A stretch of DNA of 64,000 bases from Thermodesulfobacteriota bacterium (GCA_965197885.1 OZ240231.1:1839366-1903365); one strand, 5' to 3'; shown: positions 1-10,161, counted from the stretch's first letter. Notes: generated by a model not told the origin, from the letters alone. Numbers and translations are program-made.

Positions 1-530
1 ACATCAGATGTACGGTACACGGTGGAGAGAAAGGCACTGACTTCTTTGGGTTTGCGATGAGTCGTAACGGTTACCTGATGCATAGCGCAACGGGACAGTT
101 CGACGACAAGCAGGTAACACCTCCGTATTTCTATGGCAAGACGGACTGGGGCAAGTTCAACATGAAGGTAATAACGCGTCCGGACGTATCGAGTTCGGAG
201 TGGCAGCTGACGTATCTGCCATCGGCGTTGCCGCCTCCGTTTGACGCAATGATCCAGGGGCACAGGTTCAAGATCAAGCCTGAGCACACCAGGACGGCAA
301 GTGGAGACGCGATAAACTGGTTCATGCAGGCTACACCGTTTGACAACATGGGAGCGGAGCTGAAGATCCAGGAGATAACGGGACTGATATCGTTTGTATT
401 CGATCTCGTAATACCGCCGGCGGTGGTACTGTGGACGGAGACGTACGAGAGGCCAGCGAGTTACCGGGGATATGCCACACCATACAAGTATGGATTGAGG
501 CAGCAGTTCCCGATCAGTCAGGGTTCATAA
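1..530 (+). CDS. Acetoacetate decarboxylase (ADC) family protein, 5-prime partial. The frame is open back to nt 1.
   Basis: Its C-terminal half aligns with the next gene (YGKTDWG, TRPDV, VTYLPS, GLISF-F-L-IPPA motifs). No stop lies upstream of the ATG at 57, so the gene probably starts before the window. Confidence 0.55.
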   Translation, partial: IRCTVHGGEKGTDFFGFAMSRNGYLMHSATGQFDDKQVTPPYFYGKTDWGKFNMKVITRPDVSSSEWQLTYLPSALPPPFDAMIQGHRFKIKPEHTRTASGDAINWFMQATPFDNMGAELKIQEITGLISFVFDLVIPPAVVLWTETYERPASYRGYATPYKYGLRQQFPISQGS

Positions 531-559
531 GCAAAGAAAGTTAAGGAGGTAAGACCATA

Positions 560-1531
560 ATGGGATTACAAGCAAATGAGTATAGTTATCCTTGGCTGGA
601 TGAGGGAGAAGTTCCACCATTACCATTGGACAGGGACAGGATCCATATCATCAGTCAGGGCGTAGCGGACCCGGTGTTCGACTACGATATCATACCGCTA
701 ACGTATACAGAGAGCAGGTGGATGGCCTATGTAATAAGGGCAGACATCAATGCAATGAAAGCGGTGGTACCGGAGCCGATCGAGGTCCATGATGATCTAA
801 TAGAGTTTTGGTACGTAATACACAAGAACACGATGTTAGGTCCATACATGGAGATGGGCGTAACGTTCTCGGCAACGGTGGATGACGGGAGTGGTCACAT
901 ATACAGGGCGGGATACTATCCGTACATGTATCTGTCAAACGACTCACCGATATTCGCGGGTAAAGAGCCCTTCGGATTTCCGAAGAAGGCTGCTTACATC
1001 GCCGGGTATGAGCATGGTACCAATAACAACTACTTCAATCATCTGATGGAGCGCAGAGGTTATATACTGCACACAGCGAACGGGCGTTATTCTGACAGGC
1101 CGCTATCGGCGAGGCCGACATTTTACGGCAAGACCGATTGGGGACGTATGAACTACAGGATAACAACGAGGCCGGATGTAGCGAACAGTATCCACGAAGT
1201 AACGTATCTTCCTTCGGATCTTCCTCCGGGATTTGGGACTGGACACAGGTTCATGCTGAATCCTGAGAGTGTAAGGACCGCGGTAACAGAGGATGTACGT
1301 TCGTGGTTCATGTCAGGCACACCGTTTGACTATATGGGTGGACAGATACCGGCGACGGAGGTAGTAGGGTTGATAAGCTTCACGTTCAACCTGATCATAC
1401 CGCCGGCGTTGACGATCTGGACAAGGACGGTAGAGAGGGCGACTGAGGACTTTGGTCATGTTGTCTACTCCACGCCGTTTGTGTACACGATGCGTCACAG
1501 GTTCCTGCTGCCGCAGTATAGCCAGGGCTAA
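560..1531 (+). CDS. Acetoacetate decarboxylase family protein
   Basis: Recalled ADC signatures are present: VVPEPIEV near the N-terminus, YMYLSND and FGFPKK around the catalytic Lys. An RBS aggagg lies upstream. Confidence 0.7.
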   Translation: MGLQANEYSYPWLDEGEVPPLPLDRDRIHIISQGVADPVFDYDIIPLTYTESRWMAYVIRADINAMKAVVPEPIEVHDDLIEFWYVIHKNTMLGPYMEMGVTFSATVDDGSGHIYRAGYYPYMYLSNDSPIFAGKEPFGFPKKAAYIAGYEHGTNNNYFNHLMERRGYILHTANGRYSDRPLSARPTFYGKTDWGRMNYRITTRPDVANSIHEVTYLPSDLPPGFGTGHRFMLNPESVRTAVTEDVRSWFMSGTPFDYMGGQIPATEVVGLISFTFNLIIPPALTIWTRTVERATEDFGHVVYSTPFVYTMRHRFLLPQYSQG

Positions 1532-1587
1532 TGACAAAGATGAGCTTGCGTCAGTAGACGTTGAGCTTGTGATAGTTGAAGGGGGGA

Positions 1588-1632
1588 GGGAAGCCGGAAA
1601 CGGTTATCCTTCCCCCCTTTTTTTGTCCTTGG
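1588..1632 (+). terminator. Rho-independent terminator after the ADC gene pair
   Basis: GC-rich stem aaggggggagg / ccttcccccctt followed by a T7 run. Confidence 0.55.
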
Positions 1633-1766
1633 TCAGCTGGGAGGAGAGAGTTTTCTATTCAGCCTTAATGGTGGCGAAGGGTTAACGAAGCGTAAGCGCG
1701 ATGTCGCGAGGTGTGGTCTTAAGGAAGTGCGTGACTCTGAAGATATACGGCCCTTTTTCTAAATCT

Positions 1767-2978
1767 TTAACGCCAGAGAGGGCTGAATACGAGTCCGGAG
1801 AGAATTTTCGGATAGAAGTAGGTGGTCTTGTGAGGCATCTTGGTTCCGTCGAGAACCACTTTGAATATGTCTTCTGATTTTAGTTTAGGAAGAAGAAATC
1901 CGGCCTCAAACTCACCGTTGTGCACGCTCTCGAATACTTCTTCCGGGAACTTGGAGTATCGTACACCCGCATTGTTTTCTTCTATCAGTTTTCCGAACAC
2001 CTGATTGTGAAGAATTATCACGGCGAGGTTCTTGTAGTCTTTTTCACGTTTTGTCTTGGGGGTAACCCTGAAAGTTCTCCCGGGATCTTTGGTTACAACG
2101 GATATCTGGTCCGGGCCAAGATCAAGTGAATGCTCAAGCGAAATTCTCTCGAGTTCGAAATCTTCCCGCAGATTATCAATCAGGTTTCCTCCGACGTTTC
2201 TTGCCATTCTGTGGGTGGGGTTGACTACCAGTCCCTGGCCTTCTCCCCGCGAGAGATAGGTCATTACGTAGTCCCAAGGCATCGGTCCTGAATTTCTTCC
2301 AGTCTCCTTTCTCTTAAGGTTTCTGAAGTTTATCGAGGTTTCATAACGGTGGTGACCGTCTGCGATCAGGATAGACTTGTCTGCTAGGCGGCTTTTTATG
2401 TGTTGTATGATTTTCGGGTCGGATATCTTCCAAAGAGTGTTTCTTATTCCCTCTTCGAACGTAACGTCCACAAGGGGTTCACCGATATTCTCGTCTATGT
2501 TTTCCTCGATCTCTCCTGAGGCGTCTGGGTAAACGCAGAAAATCTGGCTCAGGTTAGAGTTGCAGGCGATTGTGAGTGCCAGGCGGTCTTCCTTGTGTTT
2601 TCTGAAAGTCTGTTCATGAGGCAGGATAATTTTTTTGTCGAAGTCTTCAACTTTTACATTCGCTATAAACCCTTTTCTTGTGTAGCGCTGTCCTTCAAAC
2701 TCGAAATCCTGATAATAAGGATAGATTGACGGCTCGTCGTCCCTTATAAGTACCTTGTCCTGGAGCCACTTCGAATAGGTTTCTTTCGCGTTTATGTAAC
2801 GCTGTTTGCCCTCTCCGCCGGGCAACTCAATCCTCACGGTGTTAAAAGGACTTTTTGCGTAGAGTTCCTCGCGTTGCCGCGGACTTATGACGTCATAGGG
2901 AGGAGCAATGACTTTTGCGAAATCCTCGACCGCTTCTTCGTTATATCTTATACCTCTAAGAGGTTCTATCTCAGCCAT
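1767..2978 (-). CDS. DUF1015 family protein
   Basis: 403-aa ORF. The N-terminal PPYDVIS and RYNEE motifs are typical of DUF1015. Confidence 0.55.
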   Translation of the reverse strand: MAEIEPLRGIRYNEEAVEDFAKVIAPPYDVISPRQREELYAKSPFNTVRIELPGGEGKQRYINAKETYSKWLQDKVLIRDDEPSIYPYYQDFEFEGQRYTRKGFIANVKVEDFDKKIILPHEQTFRKHKEDRLALTIACNSNLSQIFCVYPDASGEIEENIDENIGEPLVDVTFEEGIRNTLWKISDPKIIQHIKSRLADKSILIADGHHRYETSINFRNLKRKETGRNSGPMPWDYVMTYLSRGEGQGLVVNPTHRMARNVGGNLIDNLREDFELERISLEHSLDLGPDQISVVTKDPGRTFRVTPKTKREKDYKNLAVIILHNQVFGKLIEENNAGVRYSKFPEEVFESVHNGEFEAGFLLPKLKSEDIFKVVLDGTKMPHKTTYFYPKILSGLVFSPLWR

Positions 2979-3588
2979 AAAGAATCTTCTCTATCTCGGT
3001 TACGGAAAGGTCACCTTCTCTGATAATCTCGGGTGACAAGGTTGTTAGATTCACTATTGCGGAACCCGTTGAGGATGGAAGAGTACCAGAATCCACGATA
3101 ACATCAATTCCGCTTGGGAAATCCCTGCGAATATCGATGAATCGATTGGAGTTGCCCCTGCCGCTTATGTTAGCGCTCGTAGATGTTATAGGTTCGCCCA
3201 CGCGACGAAGAACCTCTTTTACGAAGGGGGATGTGGAGATTCTTACTGCGACGGAGTCTCTGCCTCCTGAGACCTCTTCGGGGAATGTGGATTTCGGATG
3301 CAGTATAAGCGTGAGGGGTTTTTGGCTTCGGGAGTATCTTTCGAGCAGCTTGGCTGGAACATGGAAGTGGCGGTCCAGCATCTCTTTATCACTTACGAGA
3401 ACTATAAGCCCCTTCTCTTCGGATCTTCGTTTTATCTTTACTATTCTCCGGCAGGCCTCTTGGTTAAACGCAAGACATCCTATCCCGTAGAGCGTCTCGG
3501 TCGGGTATATGATCACCCCTCCGCCTGTAAGGCACTCGGATATTTTGTCGAATACAAGCGGATCGTTTTCTTTTATAATCTCAGTCAA
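2971..3588 (-). CDS. tsaC: L-threonylcarbamoyladenylate synthase (Sua5/YciO/YrdC family)
   Basis: TETLYGIGC and PITSTSANISG motifs; 205 aa. Confidence 0.8.
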   Translation of the reverse strand: MTEIIKENDPLVFDKISECLTGGGVIIYPTETLYGIGCLAFNQEACRRIVKIKRRSEEKGLIVLVSDKEMLDRHFHVPAKLLERYSRSQKPLTLILHPKSTFPEEVSGGRDSVAVRISTSPFVKEVLRRVGEPITSTSANISGRGNSNRFIDIRRDFPSGIDVIVDSGTLPSSTGSAIVNLTTLSPEIIREGDLSVTEIEKILYG

Positions 3589-3630
3589 TTTTTAGCGTTT
3601 GCCAGGTTGCGATATACTATAAGTTTAACG

Positions 3631-5118
3631 ATGAGTTCGCAAGCCGCAAAAAGAACTGGAAAATGGAAATCCCGTATCGCTTCGGAACTCGTAGCAATAC
3701 TGGGCACAGAAGCCGTTATCTCCGCCGAGGATGAACTGATTGCCTATGAAAGCGACGGGCTTACTGGATACAGGGTAAAGCCTGTTTTCGTCGTTCTGCC
3801 TTCGAGCGTAGAGGAGGTTTCCCGGGTAGTAAAGCTTTGCAGTCGGGAGAAAATCCCTTTCGTGCCCAGAGGAGCGGGAACCGGGCTCTCCGGAGGCGCT
3901 CTTCCGAACCGTGAGGGAATAGTGATAGCGCTTTCAAGAATGAACAGGATTCTCGACGTGGATATCCCTAACCGCGTAGTAGTGGTCGAGCCCGGAGTGG
4001 TGAATATTTCTGTGACCGAGGCTGTAAGCGCCGAGGGGTTTTATTACGCCCCCGATCCTTCAAGCCAGATCGTGTGCACCATAGGAGGCAACGTTGCGGA
4101 AAACTCGGGAGGAGTGCATTGTCTTAAGTACGGAGTCACGACCAACCATGTGCTCGGAGTGGAGATGGTTCTTCCCGACGGTGATGTGATTACGCTCGGG
4201 GGCATGACCCCGGAGAATCTCGGGTACGACCTTCTCTCGCTCGTGGTTGGAAGCGAGGGACTTTTGGGGATTGTCACCAAGGTCTTTTTGAGGATAATCA
4301 AAAAACCCCAAGCGGTTAAAACTCTTTTTGCCTCGTTTGAGAGAATCGAAGATGCCGGAGCGTCGGTCTCTGCGATTATTTCTTCCGGGGTGATTCCCGC
4401 GGGAATGGAAATCATGGACAATCTCAGCATAAACGCTGTCGAATCAACTGTGGGCGCTGGATACCCAAGGGACGCCGGGGCGATTCTTCTCGTGGAGCTT
4501 GACGGGCCCGGGGTAGAAGTTAACGCTCAGGTTCCTGCCGTAATCGGGATACTTCGGGAAAACGGCGCGATTGAAATAAAGCTGGCGGCGGATGAAAGCG
4601 AGCGCCAGCTTTTCTGGAAGGGGCGTAAAAGCGCGTTTGCCGCAATGGGGAAAATAAGTCCTGGATACTATGTTCAGGATGGCGTAATACCTAGGAGCAG
4701 CTTGGCCAGGGTACTTGGAGAGATAGGGGAACTGGGTAACCGGTACGGTCTTCGAGTCGCGAACGTCTTTCACGCGGGAGACGGGAATCTGCATCCGCTT
4801 GTGCTCTATGATCCCGAAGTTGAGGGAGAATCAGAGAAAGCCGAGGAGCTTTCCGGAGAAATTCTCAGGGTATGCGTTGATGTCGGCGGGAGCATTACCG
4901 GAGAGCACGGCGTCGGGTTTGACAAAAAGAGATTCCTTCCGCTTATGTTCAGCGAACAGGAAATAGATACAATGAATTTCGTGCGGTGCGCTTTTGACGA
5001 GGAGGGGCTCTGCAATCCCGGCAAAGTATTTCCGACGCCGAGAACGTGTGTTGAGCCCGGGATGCGAAAACAGGACTCCCAAGCTCCTCCAACAAAGGAA
5101 ATGGGGGAGCTTTTCTAA
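3631..5118 (+). CDS. glcD: Glycolate oxidase FAD-linked subunit GlcD
   Basis: FAD-binding PCMH-type domain (GAGTGLSGGA). Start trimmed to MSSQAAK at 3631; the track ORF from 3298 overlaps tsaC on the opposite strand. Confidence 0.8.
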   Translation: MSSQAAKRTGKWKSRIASELVAILGTEAVISAEDELIAYESDGLTGYRVKPVFVVLPSSVEEVSRVVKLCSREKIPFVPRGAGTGLSGGALPNREGIVIALSRMNRILDVDIPNRVVVVEPGVVNISVTEAVSAEGFYYAPDPSSQIVCTIGGNVAENSGGVHCLKYGVTTNHVLGVEMVLPDGDVITLGGMTPENLGYDLLSLVVGSEGLLGIVTKVFLRIIKKPQAVKTLFASFERIEDAGASVSAIISSGVIPAGMEIMDNLSINAVESTVGAGYPRDAGAILLVELDGPGVEVNAQVPAVIGILRENGAIEIKLAADESERQLFWKGRKSAFAAMGKISPGYYVQDGVIPRSSLARVLGEIGELGNRYGLRVANVFHAGDGNLHPLVLYDPEVEGESEKAEELSGEILRVCVDVGGSITGEHGVGFDKKRFLPLMFSEQEIDTMNFVRCAFDEEGLCNPGKVFPTPRTCVEPGMRKQDSQAPPTKEMGELF

Positions 5119-5120
5119 TT

Positions 5121-6476
5121 GTGCTAGGGCCGTATTCTCGGTTTCATGGCCCGTTCGTTAAAAAGATGTCTTACGTAGCAGAATTTTCCAAGATGGTTTC
5201 AAGTTTCTATGTTCCGGGTTCTGGAGACGCGGATCGAAGCGTTCCGGAATTCGGGTTCGCTCCCGAAATAATTCTCTATCCTGAAACCGTCGAGGAGATA
5301 TCCCGGATCCTGAGGTTTGCTTCGCAAAGGAGCATCCGTGTTTTTCCTTTTGCGGGAGGCACCAAGCTTTTTCTCGGTAATCCTGTTGGGACGGTCGGAG
5401 TGGCGCTTTCGCTCAGGCGTCTTTGCAGGGTTTTGTTTCACGAACCTTCCGATATGGTTTCCACGGTTGAGTGCGGCATGGAGGTCAGGGAGTTTCAGAA
5501 GGTTGTCGGGTGCGAGAATCAGCTTTTTCCCGTGGATCCGCCCCGTCTTACCTCCGGGGCGACTGTGGGAGGGCTGGTGTCAACAAATCTTTGCGGTCCA
5601 CTGAGCACCAGATACGGTACCTGCAGGGAACTTATCCTCGGAGTCAAAGCCGTAAGGGCTGACGGCGAGATCATAAATTTGGGAGGAAAAGTAGTTAAAA
5701 ACGTAGCGGGCTATGATATTCCTAAACTTATGGTAGGTTCGCTCGGAACCCTGTGCGTTTTGGTAGAAGCGACTTTCAGGCTCTATCCCCGACAGCCATT
5801 ATCTAGGACTGTTGTCCTGAGTTTCGACGAGCATGTTCCCTGTTCCCGGGCTGCCCGAGCGATACTTGCTGCGGATATTGTTCCCACATGCTTTGAAATA
5901 CTGGATGAAAAACTCTCTTCTGAGCTTGAAGTGGCACAGGGGGCGAAAAGGAGCATCCTGCTTCGGTTCGACAGTTTCGAAGATGCCGTAGTCGACCAAA
6001 TAAAACAGGTAGGGGAAATAACCTCAGGCGAGTCTGCTGCCTTTGTTGAAATGGACGATGAGCATTCGCAGAACTTATGGGATGCGGTAAGGGAGTTTCC
6101 GTTTTCGCCCGAGGCGAGTTTTTCCTCCAAACTCACTCTTCCCGTCACGGGCTCAATAGAGGTTCTTTCTGATATTGAGAGTAATCCGGCGCTCTCGGGA
6201 GTCACGGTGCGATGTCTTTCAAGGCCTGCCAGAGGGGTTGCGCTTGTTTCTGTAAGCGGCGAGAGTGACAGGGCGGTCGGCGCATCGCGTTTTCTCGAAA
6301 ATCTTGCTGATTCGCTCGGGGGCCGTATCATGTTTTCGGGAATCCGCCACGAACTCAGAGAGAGGGTAAAAGCGTGGGGAGATTTCGGAGAGGCGCTTTT
6401 GCTTATGAAAAACATTAAACGGCGTTTTGATCCCGGGGACATACTGCCCGGCGAAAAAATACTCGACGCGGACTGA
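5121..6476 (+). CDS. glcE: Glycolate oxidase FAD-binding subunit GlcE, with a C-terminal extension
   Basis: FAD-binding domain (LGGKVVKNVAGYD) immediately downstream of glcD. The true start may be the internal MSYVAEF. Confidence 0.7.
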   Translation: MLGPYSRFHGPFVKKMSYVAEFSKMVSSFYVPGSGDADRSVPEFGFAPEIILYPETVEEISRILRFASQRSIRVFPFAGGTKLFLGNPVGTVGVALSLRRLCRVLFHEPSDMVSTVECGMEVREFQKVVGCENQLFPVDPPRLTSGATVGGLVSTNLCGPLSTRYGTCRELILGVKAVRADGEIINLGGKVVKNVAGYDIPKLMVGSLGTLCVLVEATFRLYPRQPLSRTVVLSFDEHVPCSRAARAILAADIVPTCFEILDEKLSSELEVAQGAKRSILLRFDSFEDAVVDQIKQVGEITSGESAAFVEMDDEHSQNLWDAVREFPFSPEASFSSKLTLPVTGSIEVLSDIESNPALSGVTVRCLSRPARGVALVSVSGESDRAVGASRFLENLADSLGGRIMFSGIRHELRERVKAWGDFGEALLLMKNIKRRFDPGDILPGEKILDAD

Positions 6477-6487
6477 GGATACTGATT

Positions 6488-7282
6488 ATGATAAGAAGAG
6501 AATCCGGCGAGGGATGGACACTCATAACGCAGCCAAGCCATGCTTTTCTTTCTTCTAGAATAATGAATTTCTGGGGCAATGAGGATTTTGAAAGCATCGC
6601 TCCCAGAGATGAGGTGATGCTGGCGATAAGAGAACATGACTGCGGATGGGAGAAAACGGATACCATGGCTGAACTCAACCCGGGAAACGGCTATCCAAGA
6701 AACTTCATGGAGATGCGGGCCGAGAGCCAGTTAGAGATCTGGTCCGAGTGTTTCAAGAGACATCTCGGCGAACATCCATACGCCTGCGCGCTTATAGCGC
6801 TTCACTTCTCCGAACTTAACGACAGAACCATATACAGAGATCCGGCCAACGAAGCGGCCGTTTCGCTTAGAAAGAAAATCAGGGAACTTCTGCGCCAAAG
6901 CCTTGGGATCAAAACTGGAGAAGGAAGCCTGAATGGATACCTTCCTGCCGATGTCCGGACCAATGTCAGGTTTCTTCAGGTAGGTGACATAATATCGCTT
7001 GCTTTTTGTCACGGAACAAAATCAGTCACGATTCCTGATGTTCCGGTTAATTACCTCGGAGACACGACGGAAGTAACCCTGCTATCAGAAGACGGGCTTA
7101 ACTATACAGTTTTCCCCAATCCTTTTTCACGGGACTTACTTCGTTTTGACATATCGGGCAGAAAACTTGAGAAAAAATCGTTTGGCGCGACGTCGGAACT
7201 TGAAGAAGCGTTTTGCCACGCGGGCGGCGAAACCTTCGATCTTTCGATTTCTTTGCGAGTGGAGGGAAAGAATGTCGCTTGA
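6488..7282 (+). CDS. Hypothetical protein, possibly DUF3891-like, between glcE and glcF
   Basis: 264-aa ORF on the same strand. Its stop overlaps the glcF start as ATGTCGCTTGA. Confidence 0.4.
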   Translation: MIRRESGEGWTLITQPSHAFLSSRIMNFWGNEDFESIAPRDEVMLAIREHDCGWEKTDTMAELNPGNGYPRNFMEMRAESQLEIWSECFKRHLGEHPYACALIALHFSELNDRTIYRDPANEAAVSLRKKIRELLRQSLGIKTGEGSLNGYLPADVRTNVRFLQVGDIISLAFCHGTKSVTIPDVPVNYLGDTTEVTLLSEDGLNYTVFPNPFSRDLLRFDISGRKLEKKSFGATSELEEAFCHAGGETFDLSISLRVEGKNVA

Positions 7283-8567
7283 GACCGCTTTTGACGATAC
7301 AGACCGCCCGAGCAGGAAGATAATACAGGATTGCGTTCACTGCGGGTTCTGTCTTCCCTCCTGCCCCACCTATCTTGAAACCGGAAACGAACTCGACTCT
7401 CCCAGGGGAAGAATCCATCTGATAAAAGCCGCGGAAGAGGGGAGAATCCCGATGGGTTCCTCGCTTGTAAAACATCTTGACCTGTGTCTTGGGTGTCTTG
7501 CCTGTGAAACCGCGTGTCCCTCAGGAGTCAAGTATGGAAGCCTGATAGAAATGTCGAGGGATCAGATTGAAAGGAGATTCAAGAGGGGGCTGCGGGAGAA
7601 AATGCTAAAGGCTTTTATCTTCAGCATTTTTCCCTATCCGCGAAGGCTAAGGTTTCTTCTGCCGTTTGTCTACCTAGTAAAAGCACTTGGCCTTAAGAAA
7701 ATTTTCCCGCCGTGGCTTCTTGACAGGGTAAGTCTCTCGGCTTCTTCCATGTTCCATATGCTCCCCGAGGTCAACTCTGCTTTCGGGGAAACTCTTACGG
7801 CTTTTTATCCGGCACTTGGAGAGAGAAAAAAGAGAGTCGCTCTTCTGAGCGGCTGCGTGCAGGGGGTTTTTTTCCCCGAAATAAACAGGGCTACGGCCGA
7901 AGTGCTTAGCGCAGGCGGTTGCGAAGTTCTTGTTCCGCAGAATCAGGGGTGCTGCGGAGCCCTTTCCATTCACTCTGGAAGGCTTGAGGAGGGAAGGAGG
8001 TTCGCAAGAAGACTCGTGGATCTTTTCGCCGCCGTGGATGTAGATGCCATAGTTGTTAATTCCGCTGGATGCGGTTCGACCATGAAGGAGTACGTCGAGA
8101 TTCTGCGGGGGGATCCGGTTTACTTCGAAGCTGCAGCGCGACTTTCAGAGAAAACCGTAGATGTCATGGAATTTCTTTCAGATATGGAAATCGGGGCGCA
8201 ACTGCACCCTCTTGATATAAGGGTTACTTATCAGGACGCGTGCCATATCGTTCACGGCCAAGGGATAAAATCTGCTCCAAGGGAACTTCTGAAAAGCGTC
8301 CCGGAGCTCACGCTTACCGAGATGCAAAGATCGGATCACTGCTGCGGAAGTGCCGGAATATATAATATGATACAACCGGAGATGTCCGCCAAGCTCCTTT
8401 CTGGGAAGGTGCGGGAAATACAAAAAACCGGTGCCGATTATCTGGCTGTCGGGAACCCTGGATGCATGATGCAGATCCGCAAGGGGTTGCTCGGCTCAGA
8501 CTCTGGAACCAAGATTGTACATCCCGTCGAAATCATCAACTGGTCGCTCAAAGGTGGTATCAGTTAA
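7272..8567 (+). CDS. glcF: Glycolate oxidase iron-sulfur subunit GlcF
   Basis: Two 4Fe-4S ferredoxin motifs (CVHCGFCLPSCP, CLGCLACETACP) and two CCG cysteine-rich domains. Start set at MSLETAF. Confidence 0.8.
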   Translation: MSLETAFDDTDRPSRKIIQDCVHCGFCLPSCPTYLETGNELDSPRGRIHLIKAAEEGRIPMGSSLVKHLDLCLGCLACETACPSGVKYGSLIEMSRDQIERRFKRGLREKMLKAFIFSIFPYPRRLRFLLPFVYLVKALGLKKIFPPWLLDRVSLSASSMFHMLPEVNSAFGETLTAFYPALGERKKRVALLSGCVQGVFFPEINRATAEVLSAGGCEVLVPQNQGCCGALSIHSGRLEEGRRFARRLVDLFAAVDVDAIVVNSAGCGSTMKEYVEILRGDPVYFEAAARLSEKTVDVMEFLSDMEIGAQLHPLDIRVTYQDACHIVHGQGIKSAPRELLKSVPELTLTEMQRSDHCCGSAGIYNMIQPEMSAKLLSGKVREIQKTGADYLAVGNPGCMMQIRKGLLGSDSGTKIVHPVEIINWSLKGGIS

Positions 8568-8586
8568 GCAAAGTCAGGAGACGCTT

Positions 8587-8883
8587 TTAACCCAGCACAG
8601 AGTCCTTGCAGGCTTTTGCCACCCTGAACTTCAATACCTTTCTAGCCGGTATGTTGATTGCTTCACCGGTAGCGGGATTTCTTCCCATTCTGGCGCTACG
8701 ATTGCTAATAACCAGTTTGCCGACTCCGGGAATTGTAAATTCTCCTTTTGCTTTTACTTCTTCACATGCAATTGACGCTATAGAGTCAATAACGGTTTTG
8801 GCTGTTGCCTTCGTTATTCCCACCTTCTCTGCGAGGCTGCTTGAAAGCTGGGATTTTGTTAATGGTTTTTCGTTCACTAACAT
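8587..8883 (-). CDS. hup: HU family DNA-binding protein
   Basis: 98 aa with a typical HU/IHF fold signature (GFGKF-like GEFTIPGVGKL, RNPATGE). Confidence 0.85.
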   Translation of the reverse strand: MLVNEKPLTKSQLSSSLAEKVGITKATAKTVIDSIASIACEEVKAKGEFTIPGVGKLVISNRSARMGRNPATGEAINIPARKVLKFRVAKACKDSVLG

Positions 8884-9021
8884 CCTCCTTAAGGATTTCT
8901 TAGTAGATTATCGGAGTATTTTGGTTAAAAGTCAATCATTTTATCCGTTGTTGCCAAACCTCAGGACTCTTGATACTGTATAAATATCCTGTTTTATTTG
9001 AATTTTTGGGTGGAAAGCTAG

Positions 9022-10155
9022 ATGAGATCTTGGTTCAGGGAAAAGAGAAGCTGGTTGGTTTTCCTTTCAATATTCTTGGGGTTCCTCTTTGTTCTGGTTT
9101 TTCTGTATGCGAAGTTTCTTTACGAAAGGGAGTCGAATGCGCACTATCATTCAGAAGAGAGCGCCTACAGGCCCATAAAGGTAATGACGCCTGTTTCATC
9201 TTCAGGTTCAATTTACACCGAAGTTCTCGGAAGGGTCCGCGGCAAGCAGACTGTCTTGGTCCGCACGACCGTTTCGGGATGGGTAAGGCGGATAGATTCC
9301 GGCCGGGGCCAAGAAATTGAGAAGGACGGAATCATTCTGGAGCTCTACGATTACCGTGTGGAAACGCGGCTTGACGAGGCGAAGTACAATCTTGAATCCG
9401 TTAGGGGAAAGCTTGCCGAGGCCGACAGAGTATACCGAAGGAACACGGCTCTTTTTGAGAAGGGAATAGTATCTGGGGATGAGACCGAAGCGTCGCGCAA
9501 CCTGTTTGAAACCGCTTCGGCAAGTGTAAAAGCGCTTGAAGCTTCTTACAACAGGGCCAAGTGGAATTATGACAACCTCAAAATCCGGTCCCCTATCCAG
9601 GGTCAGGTTGTTGAAATCGTTCCCGACATCGGACAGGAAATAAGAAACGGGGACGTAGTAGCGAGGGTCGTTAACCTAAGTGGCAGAAAAGTAATAGCTG
9701 GTGTGGACGTGTTGGTTGCTAGAGGCGTCAAGCGGGGGGATGTTCTGGAGGTGGTTCTCTCAAGAGATGGCATTGTGGAAACCGTCAAGGGCGAAGTTGA
9801 GGGCGTAAGTCCAGGTTCTGATGATTTCTCGGGTACCTACGATATCGAGATTGCCATATCCGATCCCTCGGTAAAATGGTGGCCGGGGGAAATAGTTTCC
9901 GTGAAAATATTGATGCGGAGATTTGATAATGTCGTCAAGATTCCTAAAACAGCCGTTTTATTCGACAATAAGGAAGCTTTTTCTTTCGTGCTGGTCGAGA
10001 AAAATGGGGAAGTTTCCAAGATTAAAGTGACACCCACCTGGATTGACAATAACTCGGCTTACATATCTTTTAATTCACTTCCGCCAGATTCCAGAATTAT
10101 AACCGAGGGAAACTTCGGTCTGCTTCCTGGCCAACTAGTAAGGATTATCGACTGA
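9022..10155 (+). CDS. Efflux RND transporter periplasmic adaptor subunit (HlyD/membrane fusion protein family)
   Basis: N-terminal TM segment, coiled-coil region and beta-barrel/lipoyl-like motifs. Its C-terminal RIITEGNFGLLPGQLVRIID is duplicated in degraded form at 16141-16204. Confidence 0.75.
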   Translation: MRSWFREKRSWLVFLSIFLGFLFVLVFLYAKFLYERESNAHYHSEESAYRPIKVMTPVSSSGSIYTEVLGRVRGKQTVLVRTTVSGWVRRIDSGRGQEIEKDGIILELYDYRVETRLDEAKYNLESVRGKLAEADRVYRRNTALFEKGIVSGDETEASRNLFETASASVKALEASYNRAKWNYDNLKIRSPIQGQVVEIVPDIGQEIRNGDVVARVVNLSGRKVIAGVDVLVARGVKRGDVLEVVLSRDGIVETVKGEVEGVSPGSDDFSGTYDIEIAISDPSVKWWPGEIVSVKILMRRFDNVVKIPKTAVLFDNKEAFSFVLVEKNGEVSKIKVTPTWIDNNSAYISFNSLPPDSRIITEGNFGLLPGQLVRIID

Positions 10156-10161
10156 TTTTCC

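Noticed and set aside
3298-3630. N-terminal 111 codons of the track ORF for glcD
   Set aside because: This stretch overlaps tsaC on the opposite strand. The conserved GlcD N-terminus begins at MSSQAAK (3631). The same logic was applied to glcF (7146 trimmed to 7272), gap (19527 trimmed to 19563), mutA (32538 trimmed to 32340), queE (33076 trimmed to 33196) and the nifS-like gene (11523 trimmed to 11445).
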